Positions 45,355-55,204 of a stretch of 64,000 bases of DNA are shown here, piece after piece. The first letter of the stretch is position 1. Each line of letters starts with the position of its first letter. The stretch spans positions 15,728 through 79,727 of the forward strand of contig JBAVUQ010000023.1 in assembly GCA_049696855.1 (NCBI GenBank). Direction: 5' to 3'. The position numbers and the translations under genes are program-made. A model generated the notes under the pieces. It saw only the letters and a program-made list of their open reading frames with translations, made no database searches and was not told the DNA's origin. The DNA comes from Candidatus Aminicenantales bacterium. Its GTDB lineage: Bacteria; Acidobacteriota; Aminicenantia; Aminicenantales; Saccharicenantaceae.

Positions 45355-45443
45355 CGGACAGCTTCCGCGCGATTTTAGGTTAATCGCAGTTAACCCAGAA
45401 TTGATTCTGTGTCAGTTTGACTTGACTCAGATTTTGCGATCGA

Positions 45444-46166
45444 TCAGCTCAGCTCCCGGATCCTGATCGTCCGGAAATAGATCGGCGCGCCGGCGTGCTT
45501 GCCCTGGAAGCCGATCCGGCCTTTCGTGGCCAGCTCGGCAAAAGGCCGGCTCAGCCAGGACGGGATCTCGCTGCCATCGGGATTGGTTTTGGCCGAGGTC
45601 CAGAGGCTCATGTCCATGTCCGTGACCTTCTCGCCGTTGAGCTCGACGGTGATCCGTTTTCCCACGCATGTGATCGTATAGTGATTCCACTCGCCGGGCT
45701 TCTTGACCAAGCTCTTCGTCGGGGCGAGGTGGCCGAAGATCGCGCCGCAGTGCCAGGTGCCCGGCTCCTTGGCCCACTGCTCAGCGAAATCGTCGGCGAT
45801 CTGGATCTCGACCGAGTTCGGGATCCAGTCAGCCATGTCCGAGCAATAGACGATGACGCCGCTGTTCGTCCCCGGCGCCGTCATGAACTCGAGGTCAAGG
45901 ACGAAATTCTCGTAGTCCCTGTTCGTCCAGATAGCCTGGTCCTCCGAGGCCGTGAGGACGCCGTCGGCGACCGTCCAGATCCCGGCCGGGAACACCGCGT
46001 TGGAGAGGTCGGCGGCGAACAGATCCGTCCATTGCGGCTCCTGCGGCGCGGCGGACGGGGCGGCCGGCTCCTTGGCCTGTTTGCACGCGAGCGTTATTCC
46101 TAGGGCAAGGCCCATAACGAGGATGATGATGAGCGAGTTCTTACGCATCGTCCGGGCTCCTTTCAT
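45444..46166 (-). CDS. DUF1080-family (3-keto-disaccharide hydrolase-like) lipoprotein
   Basis: Lipobox LACK. C-terminal GRIGFQGKHAGAPIYFRTIRIREL signature of DUF1080. Confidence 0.75.
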   Translation of the reverse strand: MKGARTMRKNSLIIILVMGLALGITLACKQAKEPAAPSAAPQEPQWTDLFAADLSNAVFPAGIWTVADGVLTASEDQAIWTNRDYENFVLDLEFMTAPGTNSGVIVYCSDMADWIPNSVEIQIADDFAEQWAKEPGTWHCGAIFGHLAPTKSLVKKPGEWNHYTITCVGKRITVELNGEKVTDMDMSLWTSAKTNPDGSEIPSWLSRPFAELATKGRIGFQGKHAGAPIYFRTIRIRELS

Positions 46167-46289
46167 ATGGCCGCTTGCCCTTTACTCTATCAGGTTTGCC
46201 TCATCGTTCGCCAGAGAAAAAGACGGGCGCTTGCCAAGAGGCCGCCCCTAGGCTATCCTCTATCACTAAACTATCATGGAGGTCCCGTC

Positions 46290-47390
46290 ATGAGCCGAAG
46301 TCTTCGACGATCGATCCCCGTCCTGATCGCCCTGGCCGTGCTCTTCGCTTCCTGCGCCCCCAAACCGGTGTCGACCGTCCCGGCGGTCAAGCGGCCGCTC
46401 GTCCTCGGGATGCACGCCATCACGGAGACCGACGCCGACGCCCGGACCCTCATCGGCGAGATCCCGGCCTTGTCCAAGCGCGGCGTTAACCTCCTCATTG
46501 CCGAGGTCGACTATTTTTATGGCTATGCCTCGCATCCGGAGCTCCAGATGGAGGATCCGATCAAGAAGGAGACCATCAAGGCCCTCCTCGCCGCGTGCCG
46601 CTCCCGCGGGATCAGGCTCGTGCCCCAGTTCCAGAGCCTCGGCCACCAGTCTTGGGCGGAGAAAACCTTCCCGCTTCTCGTCAAGTACCCCCAGCTCGAC
46701 GAATCGCCCGGCAAGTACCCCGGCAACAAGGGCACCGATCCCTGGGGCACAGAGTTCTACTGCCGGAGCTGGTGCCCGCTCCATCCGGATCTTCTCCCCA
46801 TCATCAACGATCTCTACGATGAGCTCCTCGACGTCTTCGAGGCCGACGCGCTCCACATCGGCATGGACGAGGTCTTCATCATCGCCGACGCCGACTGTCC
46901 CCGCTGCGCCGGGAAGCCGACGGGCGAGCTCTTTGCCAAGGCGGTCAACGACGCCTATGACCACATCGTCCGGAAGAGGGGCAAGGAGATGATGATGTGG
47001 GCCGACCGGCTCCTCGACGGCCAGGCCACGGGCTACGGCCTCTGGGAGGCGTCCATGAACGGGACGAATACGGCCGTCGACATGATCCCCACGGACATCA
47101 TCATGTGCGACTGGCATTACGAGCGGAAGTACCCGCTCCAGTCGTCGCCGCGGTCGACCTTCCCCTCGGTCCGGATCTTCACCGACAAGGGCTTCCGGGT
47201 GCTGCCGACGAGCTTCCGCGACGTCAAGGTCGTCAGATCGTTCATCGACCAGTCGCTCGCCCTGCCCTCGGACAAGGTCCTCGGCCACCTGTGCACGCTC
47301 TGGCACCCGTTGACGCCCGGCACCGCGGCCCGGCTGCCCCAGCTCAAGGCGGCCTCAAAGAAGATCAAGAAGGCGTCGGCCGGAAGCTGA
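46290..47390 (+). CDS. glycoside hydrolase family 20-like (hexosaminidase catalytic-domain) lipoprotein
   Basis: ATG 46290 with GGAGG RBS. Lipobox FASC. LHIGMDEV (HxGGDE-like). TIM-barrel pattern. Confidence 0.5.
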   Translation: MSRSLRRSIPVLIALAVLFASCAPKPVSTVPAVKRPLVLGMHAITETDADARTLIGEIPALSKRGVNLLIAEVDYFYGYASHPELQMEDPIKKETIKALLAACRSRGIRLVPQFQSLGHQSWAEKTFPLLVKYPQLDESPGKYPGNKGTDPWGTEFYCRSWCPLHPDLLPIINDLYDELLDVFEADALHIGMDEVFIIADADCPRCAGKPTGELFAKAVNDAYDHIVRKRGKEMMMWADRLLDGQATGYGLWEASMNGTNTAVDMIPTDIIMCDWHYERKYPLQSSPRSTFPSVRIFTDKGFRVLPTSFRDVKVVRSFIDQSLALPSDKVLGHLCTLWHPLTPGTAARLPQLKAASKKIKKASAGS

Positions 47391-47485
47391 GCCGCGGCCG
47401 CGGGGCGGTCACTTCGCCGTCGTGATGAGGTCGCGCCGCCGCATAGCCGCTGAACCGGTCCTGCTAGACGACTGGCGCGGCGGGT

Positions 47486-48673
47486 TCAGTCCCAGATATG
47501 GGAATATTTCGCGCCGTTGCCGGTGTTGAACAGGACGACGGATTCGCCGTCACGCACCCAGCCGCTCTTCTTGAGATGGAGCAGCGCGGCCAGTGTCGCC
47601 CCGCCCTCGGGCGCGGACCAGATGCCGGTCGTCCCGCCGAGGCGATAGGTGGCCTTGAGGATCTCGGCGTCCGAAACGGCCACGGCCGTGCCGCCGCTCT
47701 CGCGGAGCGCCCTCAGGATGAGGAAGTCTCCCACGGCGGCCGGGACCCGCATGCCGTCGGCGATCGTCCGGGCGTTCGGCCAGGGTTCGGCGAATTCCTT
47801 GCCTTCCCGGAACGCCTTGACCATGGGCGCGCAGCCGTCCGACTGGACCGCGACCATCCGCGGCCGCTTCGGGCCGATCCAGCCGAGCTTGTCCATCTCG
47901 TCGAAGGCCTTCCACATGCCCACGAGCCCTGTGCCGCCGCCGGTCGGGTAGATGATGACGTCGGGGAGCCGCCAGCCCATCTGCTCCGCGACCTCATAGC
48001 CCATGGTCTTCTTGCCTTCGATGCGATACGGTTCCTTGAGGGTCGAGACGTCGAAGCGGCCGTGCTTCTCGACGCCCTCCCGCGCGGCCTTGCCGCAGTC
48101 GGTGATGAGCCCGTCGATGAGGGCCACCTTGGCGCCGAGGACCCGGCACTCGTTGATGAACGGCTTGGGCACATCGGCCGGCATGAAGACGTGGGCCTCG
48201 AGGCCGCCCAGGGCGGCGTAGGCGCTCATGGCGCAGCCGGCGTTGCCGGCCGTCGGGATCGAGACCGACCGGACGCCGAGCTCAAAAGCCCGCGAGACCG
48301 CCGCGGAAAGCCCCCTGGCCTTGAACGAGCCCGTGGGGTTGAGCCCCTCGTCCTTGACATAAAGAGGGCCGTGCCCGGCCTCTTCCTCGAGCCGGGCCGT
48401 CCGGAGGATCGGCGTGAATCCCTCGCCGAGCGAGAGCTTGAAAGAGTCGTCGCGGATGGGGAGGAGCTCGCGGTAGCGCCACATCGTCGGCTCGCGCCCG
48501 GCGATCAGGACAGGGGTCACCGCGGCCCGGGCCGCGTCCAGGTCATAGCGGGCGAGGAGCGGCTTGCCGCACTTGGGGCAGAGGTTCCAGAGCCGGTCGG
48601 CCTCGAGACGTTCGCCGCACAGGCCGCACTCGAGATGCGTCAGGAAGCTTGATGTGTCCATGTCCGGCCTCAA
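47486..48673 (-). CDS. thrC: threonine synthase
   Basis: N-terminal Zn ribbon (CGLCGERL...CPKCG). PLP lysine SFKARG. 395 aa. Confidence 0.85.
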   Translation of the reverse strand: MRPDMDTSSFLTHLECGLCGERLEADRLWNLCPKCGKPLLARYDLDAARAAVTPVLIAGREPTMWRYRELLPIRDDSFKLSLGEGFTPILRTARLEEEAGHGPLYVKDEGLNPTGSFKARGLSAAVSRAFELGVRSVSIPTAGNAGCAMSAYAALGGLEAHVFMPADVPKPFINECRVLGAKVALIDGLITDCGKAAREGVEKHGRFDVSTLKEPYRIEGKKTMGYEVAEQMGWRLPDVIIYPTGGGTGLVGMWKAFDEMDKLGWIGPKRPRMVAVQSDGCAPMVKAFREGKEFAEPWPNARTIADGMRVPAAVGDFLILRALRESGGTAVAVSDAEILKATYRLGGTTGIWSAPEGGATLAALLHLKKSGWVRDGESVVLFNTGNGAKYSHIWD

Positions 48674-50463
48674 TCCTGGTACAGCGATTCGATGACGTCG
48701 GCGTACTTCTGTTCGACGATGTTCCGCCTCACCTTGAGGGTCGGCGTCACCTCGCCCAGGTCGATGCCGAAGTCGCGGTCGAGGACAGCGATCTTTTTGA
48801 CCCTCTCGTAGGACGCCAACCCCGGAGTCATCCGGTTGACCTCATCGAGCAGGAACGTCGCGATCTCCGGGCGGCGGCAGAGGTCGGCCCGGTTGGCGAA
48901 GGCGACGCCGTGGGCCCGGGCATAGGGTTCGAGCTTCCCGAAGTCCGGCACGATGAGCGCCGAGATGAACTTGCGGCTGCTGCCCACGACCACGGCGCTG
49001 GCGATGAAGGGGCTGGCCTGGATGAGGCTCTCGATCGGCTGGGGGGCGATGTTCTTGCCGCCCGAGGTGACGATGATGTCCTTCTTGCGGTCGGTGATGA
49101 TGAGGAAGCCGTCCTCGTCGAGCCGGCCGATGTCGCCGGTGTGGAGCCAGCCGTCCTTCAGGACCTCCCGCGTGTCGGCCTCGTTCTTATAGTAGCCCAT
49201 CATGACGTTGGGACCGCGGGCCAGGATCTCGCCGTCCTCGGCGATCCGGAGCTCGACCCGCGGGATGGCCTTGCCCGCCGTGCCGAACCGGACTCCGCCC
49301 CCGGGCGTGCTGCCCGTGAGGACGGGGGACGTTTCCGTCAGCCCGTATCCCGGCATGATCCTGAGACCCAAGGCATAGAAGAACTCGGCGATGTCCCTTG
49401 AGAGGGGCGCCCCGCCGCAGATGAAGTAACGGATCCGGCCGCCGGTCCGGGCCGTGATCTTGGCAAAGACGAGCTTCTTCGCGAGGGCGCGCTTGAACGC
49501 CAGGTGGGCCGGGATGGACTTGCCGGCGATCGTCCGGGCCGCGTATTTCTTTCCCGTTCCCAGGGCCCAGACGAAGATCGCCCTCTTGAGACGGGAGCCG
49601 GCCATGACTTGGTCCATCACCCGGGCATAGATCTTCTCGAAGAGCCGGGGGACGCTGACGACGATGGTCGGCCTGACCTCGACCATGTTCGAGGCCACGG
49701 CCTCGATGCTCTCGGCGTAGGCCATGGCCGCGCCGACGTGGAAAAGGAGGAACGTGGCCGTCCGTTCGAGGACGTGGGACAGGGGCAGGAATGACAGGCC
49801 CGTGTCGGTTTCGCAAAAGTCGATGAACTCCGTCAGCGATACGACGTTGCTCACGAAGTTGGCGTGACTGAGCATGACGCCCTTGGGCACGCCGGTCGTC
49901 CCGGACGTATAAATGATGGAGGCCAGGTCCCCCGGCCGGACCGCTTCGACCGACCTCTCGAAACGTCCGGGCTCCTCGTCCTCGGACCGCCGGCCCATCT
50001 CCGCGACGTCCGACAGGGCGTGCGTTCCAGCCGGCGGGTCGCCCTCGATGATGATGACGCGCTCGAGCGCGGGAAGCGCGCTCCGGACGGACTCGACCTT
50101 GCGCCACATCTCGAGGTCCGAGCAGACGACGATCCTCGCGCCCGCGTCGCTGATGATAAAGCGGACCTGGTCGGGAAGGAGGGACGTGTAGATGGGGACG
50201 GTGACGGCCCCGGCACACAGCGCGGCGAAATCGGCCATGACCCATTCCGGGCGGTTCTCGGAGAGGACGGCCAAACGGTCGCCGGGCTTCAGACCGAGGG
50301 CCTGGAAGCCGAGGGAAAGGCGCCGGACCATCGCTTCGACCTCGTCCGTGGAGATCTTCGTCCAGGCCCCGTCCCGCTTGACCATCATCCGGTCGGGCTT
50401 CTTATAGGTCCGGCAGGAATGGAGGAAAAGGCGGCTGAGCGTGGTCACGTCGTGTCCGGTCAT
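48670..50463 (-). CDS. long-chain-fatty-acid--CoA ligase (AMP-binding family)
   Basis: AMP-binding YTSGTTGVPKGV. 597 aa. Confidence 0.85.
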   Translation of the reverse strand: MTGHDVTTLSRLFLHSCRTYKKPDRMMVKRDGAWTKISTDEVEAMVRRLSLGFQALGLKPGDRLAVLSENRPEWVMADFAALCAGAVTVPIYTSLLPDQVRFIISDAGARIVVCSDLEMWRKVESVRSALPALERVIIIEGDPPAGTHALSDVAEMGRRSEDEEPGRFERSVEAVRPGDLASIIYTSGTTGVPKGVMLSHANFVSNVVSLTEFIDFCETDTGLSFLPLSHVLERTATFLLFHVGAAMAYAESIEAVASNMVEVRPTIVVSVPRLFEKIYARVMDQVMAGSRLKRAIFVWALGTGKKYAARTIAGKSIPAHLAFKRALAKKLVFAKITARTGGRIRYFICGGAPLSRDIAEFFYALGLRIMPGYGLTETSPVLTGSTPGGGVRFGTAGKAIPRVELRIAEDGEILARGPNVMMGYYKNEADTREVLKDGWLHTGDIGRLDEDGFLIITDRKKDIIVTSGGKNIAPQPIESLIQASPFIASAVVVGSSRKFISALIVPDFGKLEPYARAHGVAFANRADLCRRPEIATFLLDEVNRMTPGLASYERVKKIAVLDRDFGIDLGEVTPTLKVRRNIVEQKYADVIESLYQD

Positions 50464-50527
50464 ATGGGGGTATCCTTCGAAAGGCGCTATTATACACCAT
50501 TTGGCCTCCGGGGAGAGCGCAAACGGC

Positions 50528-52102
50528 CTAGCGGCTCTGGATGATCTTGATGAGCTCGGCGGCCTTCTCGGCGAAGGCGGGGTGGGCGGCGGCCCGGCGG
50601 GCCAGCTCGAGAGCCCGGTCGAAAGACCCGGCGTTATGGTAGCCGGCCGCGCCGTTGTACTGGCAGGTCGCCTTGGCCGCTTGGGTCGAAAGGATCTGGA
50701 CCCGTTTCCTGGCGACCAGGCGGGCCTTCCTCTCCGGGGACATCTCCGAGCCCTCGATCTCCCCGATCTTCTTTTCCAGGCCTTTTTCCTTGTCCTCGTA
50801 AGTTATCGCCGCCCCCGCGAAATAGATCCCCGAATCGAGCCAGGCCTTGCGGTCCGCGTAGAGCTTTCCCAAGTAATAGGCCGCGTCGCTGGCCGACGGA
50901 TCGAGGTCGAGGGCTTCGCGCAGGTCCTTCTCGGCGTCATCGGGCCGCCCCTGCCGGTAGGCGATGATCCCCGAGAGGGCGGCCACGTCGCTCACGCCGA
51001 CGAGGAAGACCTTGGCCGACTCGATCGACTTCCGGGCCTCCTCGAGCCGGCCGAGCTCGTTCAGGTTCCAGGCTGTCCAATAATGCCCTTCGCCCATATA
51101 GTAAGTGCCGAGCTCGAGGAGCCGGCCGAGGACCGCCAGAGCCTCTTCGTTCCGGCCGAGGTAACCGAGCGCGAGGCCCTTGCCGAGGAGGGCGTCCCGA
51201 TAGGTCGGCAGGAGCGCCAGCGCCTTCTCGTTCCATTCGAGACAGGCCTCCGTCTCCTCCATCTGGAAGGCGACCTTGGCCAGCGAGATGAGGACGGACA
51301 GCGACTCCGGGATCTTCTCCCTGACCGCCAGGTAATGCCCTTCGGCCGTCAGGAGCTTTCCGGCCATGAGCGCGTCCTCGCCGAGGTAATAATGGACCTC
51401 CGAAAACCCGGGATCGAGCGCCAGCAAGGCCTCGAGCTCTTCGGCCTCGAGGACCGGGCAGATGGCGGACTGGAAGGCCGCCAGCCGTGAGCCCGGATGC
51501 CGGTCCAGGATGGCCTTGCGGTCGAGATTGTCCTCAAACTTGAAAAAGAATTCCCGGCGCAGGGTCAGGCGGAGAGCCACGGCCAGGTCGTCGGTTCGCG
51601 CCGCCGCTTCGAGCTCGCGATCGATGGCCGTCACCCGGGTCCTGATCCAGGCGAGATGGGCGTCGATCGTCCGCCCGGCGGTCTGGTCGATCCCCGGGAC
51701 GCCTTTGATCTTATTCGGGAGCCCGGCGACGAGCTCGAGCCACGGCGCATAGCGGCTCAGCGCGGGATCGGCCGCGGCCAGGTCGTCGAGATCGACTCCC
51801 GGGCCGGCCGTGAGGATGCCCAGGTCCTTTTTGCGCAGCTCCAACGCGATTGACGTCCGAAGGTACTTTTCCGCGATGTCGGGACGTTTTCCCATCGCTT
51901 CGAGGGCTTCACCGTAGATCCGGCGGGCGTCCCGCAGGGCCGTGTAATGGCCCGCATCGTAGAGAGCGCCGGCTTCGGCGAGCCGCGCCGTCCAGTCGAC
52001 CGGGGGCGGGCCCGCGGGGACGGGCGCCCTTCCCGCCGACGAACAGGCGACGGCCATCGAAACGGCGCACAAGAAAAGAGCCGCCGTCGCGTTTCGCGTC
52101 AT
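50528..52102 (-). CDS. TPR-repeat lipoprotein
   Basis: Lipobox AVAC. Multiple TPR-like helical repeats. Confidence 0.6.
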   Translation of the reverse strand: MTRNATAALFLCAVSMAVACSSAGRAPVPAGPPPVDWTARLAEAGALYDAGHYTALRDARRIYGEALEAMGKRPDIAEKYLRTSIALELRKKDLGILTAGPGVDLDDLAAADPALSRYAPWLELVAGLPNKIKGVPGIDQTAGRTIDAHLAWIRTRVTAIDRELEAAARTDDLAVALRLTLRREFFFKFEDNLDRKAILDRHPGSRLAAFQSAICPVLEAEELEALLALDPGFSEVHYYLGEDALMAGKLLTAEGHYLAVREKIPESLSVLISLAKVAFQMEETEACLEWNEKALALLPTYRDALLGKGLALGYLGRNEEALAVLGRLLELGTYYMGEGHYWTAWNLNELGRLEEARKSIESAKVFLVGVSDVAALSGIIAYRQGRPDDAEKDLREALDLDPSASDAAYYLGKLYADRKAWLDSGIYFAGAAITYEDKEKGLEKKIGEIEGSEMSPERKARLVARKRVQILSTQAAKATCQYNGAAGYHNAGSFDRALELARRAAAHPAFAEKAAELIKIIQSR

Positions 52103-52319
52103 GATCTCACCTCCGCCGGCCCGGGCCGGTCTTCACCCGCGCGCTCCCCTCTGCCGAGATTACGCCCGGTCCCGCGGGTCCGTTTAGGCCGCCGGCCCAT
52201 GTCAAATCCGCGCGGTCCCATTGTAAGCCCCTTTACACGCGCGGAGAAGTCCCGCTCGCGTCGTCGGCGGCGGCCCCCCCGTCCCGCCTGGGCAAAGGCG
52301 AAATCCCATCTGCGGACAT

Positions 52320-52335
52320 TGGCATGGTATGTGCA
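52320..52335 (+). promoter_or_regulatory. third sigma-54 (-24/-12) promoter TGGCATGGTATGTGCA upstream of the TIGR04076-family gene
   Basis: GG/GC at exact spacing. ~40 nt upstream of ATG 52377 (RBS AAAGGAG). Confidence 0.5.
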
Positions 52336-52376
52336 ATAATGCGTAACCGGAATGCCCGAGAAAGGAGTCGACGACA

Positions 52377-52790
52377 ATGAACAGAAGGGCTTTCGTGGGA
52401 CAGGCCGGTTGCGCCGCGGCGGCTTTTGTGGCCGCGGCCGGGATGGCCGCAGGGCGGGATCAGAATGCGCAAACTCCGCCCCCACCGCCGCCCAAGGCCA
52501 AGCGATACAAGATCGACATCGAGATCTTCGAGGCGCGCCCCGATTCCTGGTGCCACAAGAAAGGGGACACGTTCGCTTACCCGGCCGACTGGGGCAAGCT
52601 CTGTCCCTGGCTCCGGGCCAGCCTCAACGAGTTCGTCCGGCTCCTCGAGAACGGGGTCACCCTGCCCTGGAAGTATGAGGGAACGGCTTACGCCAAGGTG
52701 ATCGATCCCGAAGGCGTCACCACCGAGTACGTCCGCTGTCCCGACCCGACGTCGAATCTGGTCGCCAAGATCGTCCGGACGCGGGTTTGA
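52377..52790 (+). CDS. TIGR04076-family small Cys protein with twin-arginine signal
   Basis: Tat motif NRRAFVGQAG. Pattern C..G..F......G.LCPW....L..FV..L..G...PW...VRCPD matches the TIGR04076 family. Confidence 0.55.
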   Translation: MNRRAFVGQAGCAAAAFVAAAGMAAGRDQNAQTPPPPPPKAKRYKIDIEIFEARPDSWCHKKGDTFAYPADWGKLCPWLRASLNEFVRLLENGVTLPWKYEGTAYAKVIDPEGVTTEYVRCPDPTSNLVAKIVRTRV

Positions 52791-52888
52791 GAGGGACGCC
52801 GCGCCCCGTGGCGACCCGGTCGTCCGCCGGCCGTCAACCTTTCGGGGCCGTCCGGAGTAATTAAGTAGAGATCTCACGAGGAGTCCCG

Positions 52889-55186
52889 ATGGAATCACAC
52901 GGCCGCTTCGCCCCCGTTCTGACCGTCATGTCTCTTTGTGCCGTCCTGGCCGCTCCCGTTTTCCCCTCCCAGGCCCAGGCCCGCCCCGGGAGGGTCGAAT
53001 CGACCCGGTTCGATGTCGCCAAAGCCTCCGTCCCCATCAGGATCGACGCCGTTCTCGACGAGGAGGCCTGGGCCGCGGCCCCGGTGATCCCCCTGCCGTT
53101 CGAATGGCAGCCGGGGGACAACATCCCGGCGCCGGTCAAGACCGAGTGCCTCGTGACCTACGATCTCAACAACCTCTATGTGGGCTTCCGCTGCTTCGAT
53201 CCGGAGCCGAAGAAGATCCGGGCCCATCTCATGGACCGGGACGACACGGACACCCTCATCCTCGACGACCACATCAGCTTCATGGTCGATTCCTTCAACG
53301 ATGAGCGCCGGGCCTTCCAGTTCCGGGTCAATCCCATGGGCGTCCAGGCCGACGCCAATTTCAGCGAGTCGGAAGGCTATGAGGATTTCTCCTGGGACGC
53401 CATCTGGAACGCGGCCGCCCGGATCACCGACTGGGGCTGGGCGGTCGAGGTGGCCATCCCGTTGAGCCAGCTCCGCTTCCACAGGTCCGAGGGCCCCCAG
53501 ACCTGGGGCTTCGAAGCGGAGCGGTCCTGGCCCCGGGATACCAGGCACCGCATAACGTCCCACCCGCGCTCCCGGAATGTCAACTGCATCCTCTGTCAGT
53601 TCAACAAGCTGACCGGATTCGAGGGCGTCACTCCGGGCCGGAACATCGAGATCGATCCGACCTTCACGGCCAGCCGGACCGACGCCGCGGACATGGCCGG
53701 ATTCCCGGACGGTCCACTCGCGAGAGGCAAGATTGACGCCCAGCCCGGCGTGACGGCCAAATGGGGCCTCACCCCCGACCTCATTCTCAACGCCACGGCC
53801 AATCCCGATTTCTCCCAGGTCGAAGCCGATGTCGCCCAGCTCGAGATCAACCGCCGTTTCGCCCTGTTCTATCCCGAGAAGCGGCCCTTCTTCCTCGAGG
53901 GGGCCGACTTCTTCCTGACCCCCGTCCAGGCCGTCTTCACCCGGACCGTGGCCGACCCGATGTGGGGAACAAAGCTGACCGGAAAGTCCGGCCGCACGGC
54001 CATGGGCTTCTTTGCCGCTCAGGACGAGATCACGAACCTCATCCTGCCCTCGAACCAGGGCTCGATGCAGGCCTCGCTAGGCCAGGATGCGTATGGCGGG
54101 GTCTTTCGTCTGCGCCGGGACGTCGGCCGGATGTCGACCCTCGGCGTCCTTTACACCGGCCGGGTCGGGAACGATTACGGCAACCATCTCGCCGGGGCGG
54201 ACGGCTTCTTCCGCCTCGACCAGAAGAACTCGATCACCTTCCAGTTCCTTCACTCCGAGACGAGCTATCCCGCGGCCATCGTCCAGGACTACGGCCAAAG
54301 GGAGGGGCGCTTCGGCGGCAACGCGATCAACCTCCAGTTCCAGCATTTCTCCCGGCACTGGATCATCCAGGCCCTCTATGAGGACCTGTCCCCGGGCTTC
54401 CGGGCCGACTACGGATTCGTGCCCCGCGTCGATACCCGGACCGCCTCGGCCGCGCTTTTCCGCCAGATCTGGGGCAAGCCGAAGAGCTGGTTCAACTACA
54501 TCCGCCTCGGCGCGGCGGGCGAGTTCGTCTACGACCATGCCGGGACTCTGACCGACCGCGGCCTGACTCTGGGCCTGCTGGTCCAAAGCGACCTCGAGAC
54601 CCAGCTCAACCTCCACGGCGTCTTTTCGCGGACCTTCTATAACGGGCAGTATTTTGACACGGCCTATGGAATGGCCGACTTCCGCATCCGGCCTTTCAGC
54701 GGCTCGGAGCTCGGCCTCCAGGGCCAGGCCGGCCAAGGCATCGATTACGCCGAGTCACGCCTGGCCAATGTCGTCTCCCTCGGGCCGTACGGCTCGTTCA
54801 GCCTGCTCCGTCATCTCAACACGGTCCTCTCGCACACATTCGAGAGGCTCTCCCTCGGCGGCGACACGATCTATACGGCGAATCTGAGCCAGGCCAAGAT
54901 CGTCTGGAACTTCAGCGTCCGGTCCTTCGTCCGGGCCATCGTCCAGTATCAGAACCTCGAACAGAACCCGACCAGGTACAGTATTCCGGTCGACTCCCGA
55001 ACCGAGCGAGTTTTCGCCCAGTTCCTGTTCTCCTACAAGCTCAATCCGCGGACGGTCCTCTTCCTGGGCTATTCGGACAATGCGCTGGGGGGCGTCTTTG
55101 ACGGCGGGATCGGGCCGGGCCGCGTCGGCATCACCCGGACCGACCGGACGTTCTTCCTGAAAATCGGCTACGCCTGGCAGATCTGA
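52889..55186 (+). CDS. CBM9-like + DUF5916 domain protein (secreted/outer membrane)
   Basis: Signal peptide. N-terminal carbohydrate-binding-family-9-like block (IRIDAVLDEEAWAAAPVI...ILDDHISFMVDSFNDERRAFQFRVNPMG). 765 aa. Confidence 0.6.
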   Translation: MESHGRFAPVLTVMSLCAVLAAPVFPSQAQARPGRVESTRFDVAKASVPIRIDAVLDEEAWAAAPVIPLPFEWQPGDNIPAPVKTECLVTYDLNNLYVGFRCFDPEPKKIRAHLMDRDDTDTLILDDHISFMVDSFNDERRAFQFRVNPMGVQADANFSESEGYEDFSWDAIWNAAARITDWGWAVEVAIPLSQLRFHRSEGPQTWGFEAERSWPRDTRHRITSHPRSRNVNCILCQFNKLTGFEGVTPGRNIEIDPTFTASRTDAADMAGFPDGPLARGKIDAQPGVTAKWGLTPDLILNATANPDFSQVEADVAQLEINRRFALFYPEKRPFFLEGADFFLTPVQAVFTRTVADPMWGTKLTGKSGRTAMGFFAAQDEITNLILPSNQGSMQASLGQDAYGGVFRLRRDVGRMSTLGVLYTGRVGNDYGNHLAGADGFFRLDQKNSITFQFLHSETSYPAAIVQDYGQREGRFGGNAINLQFQHFSRHWIIQALYEDLSPGFRADYGFVPRVDTRTASAALFRQIWGKPKSWFNYIRLGAAGEFVYDHAGTLTDRGLTLGLLVQSDLETQLNLHGVFSRTFYNGQYFDTAYGMADFRIRPFSGSELGLQGQAGQGIDYAESRLANVVSLGPYGSFSLLRHLNTVLSHTFERLSLGGDTIYTANLSQAKIVWNFSVRSFVRAIVQYQNLEQNPTRYSIPVDSRTERVFAQFLFSYKLNPRTVLFLGYSDNALGGVFDGGIGPGRVGITRTDRTFFLKIGYAWQI

Positions 55187-55204
55187 CCGAGGCGCCCTCG
55201 TCCT

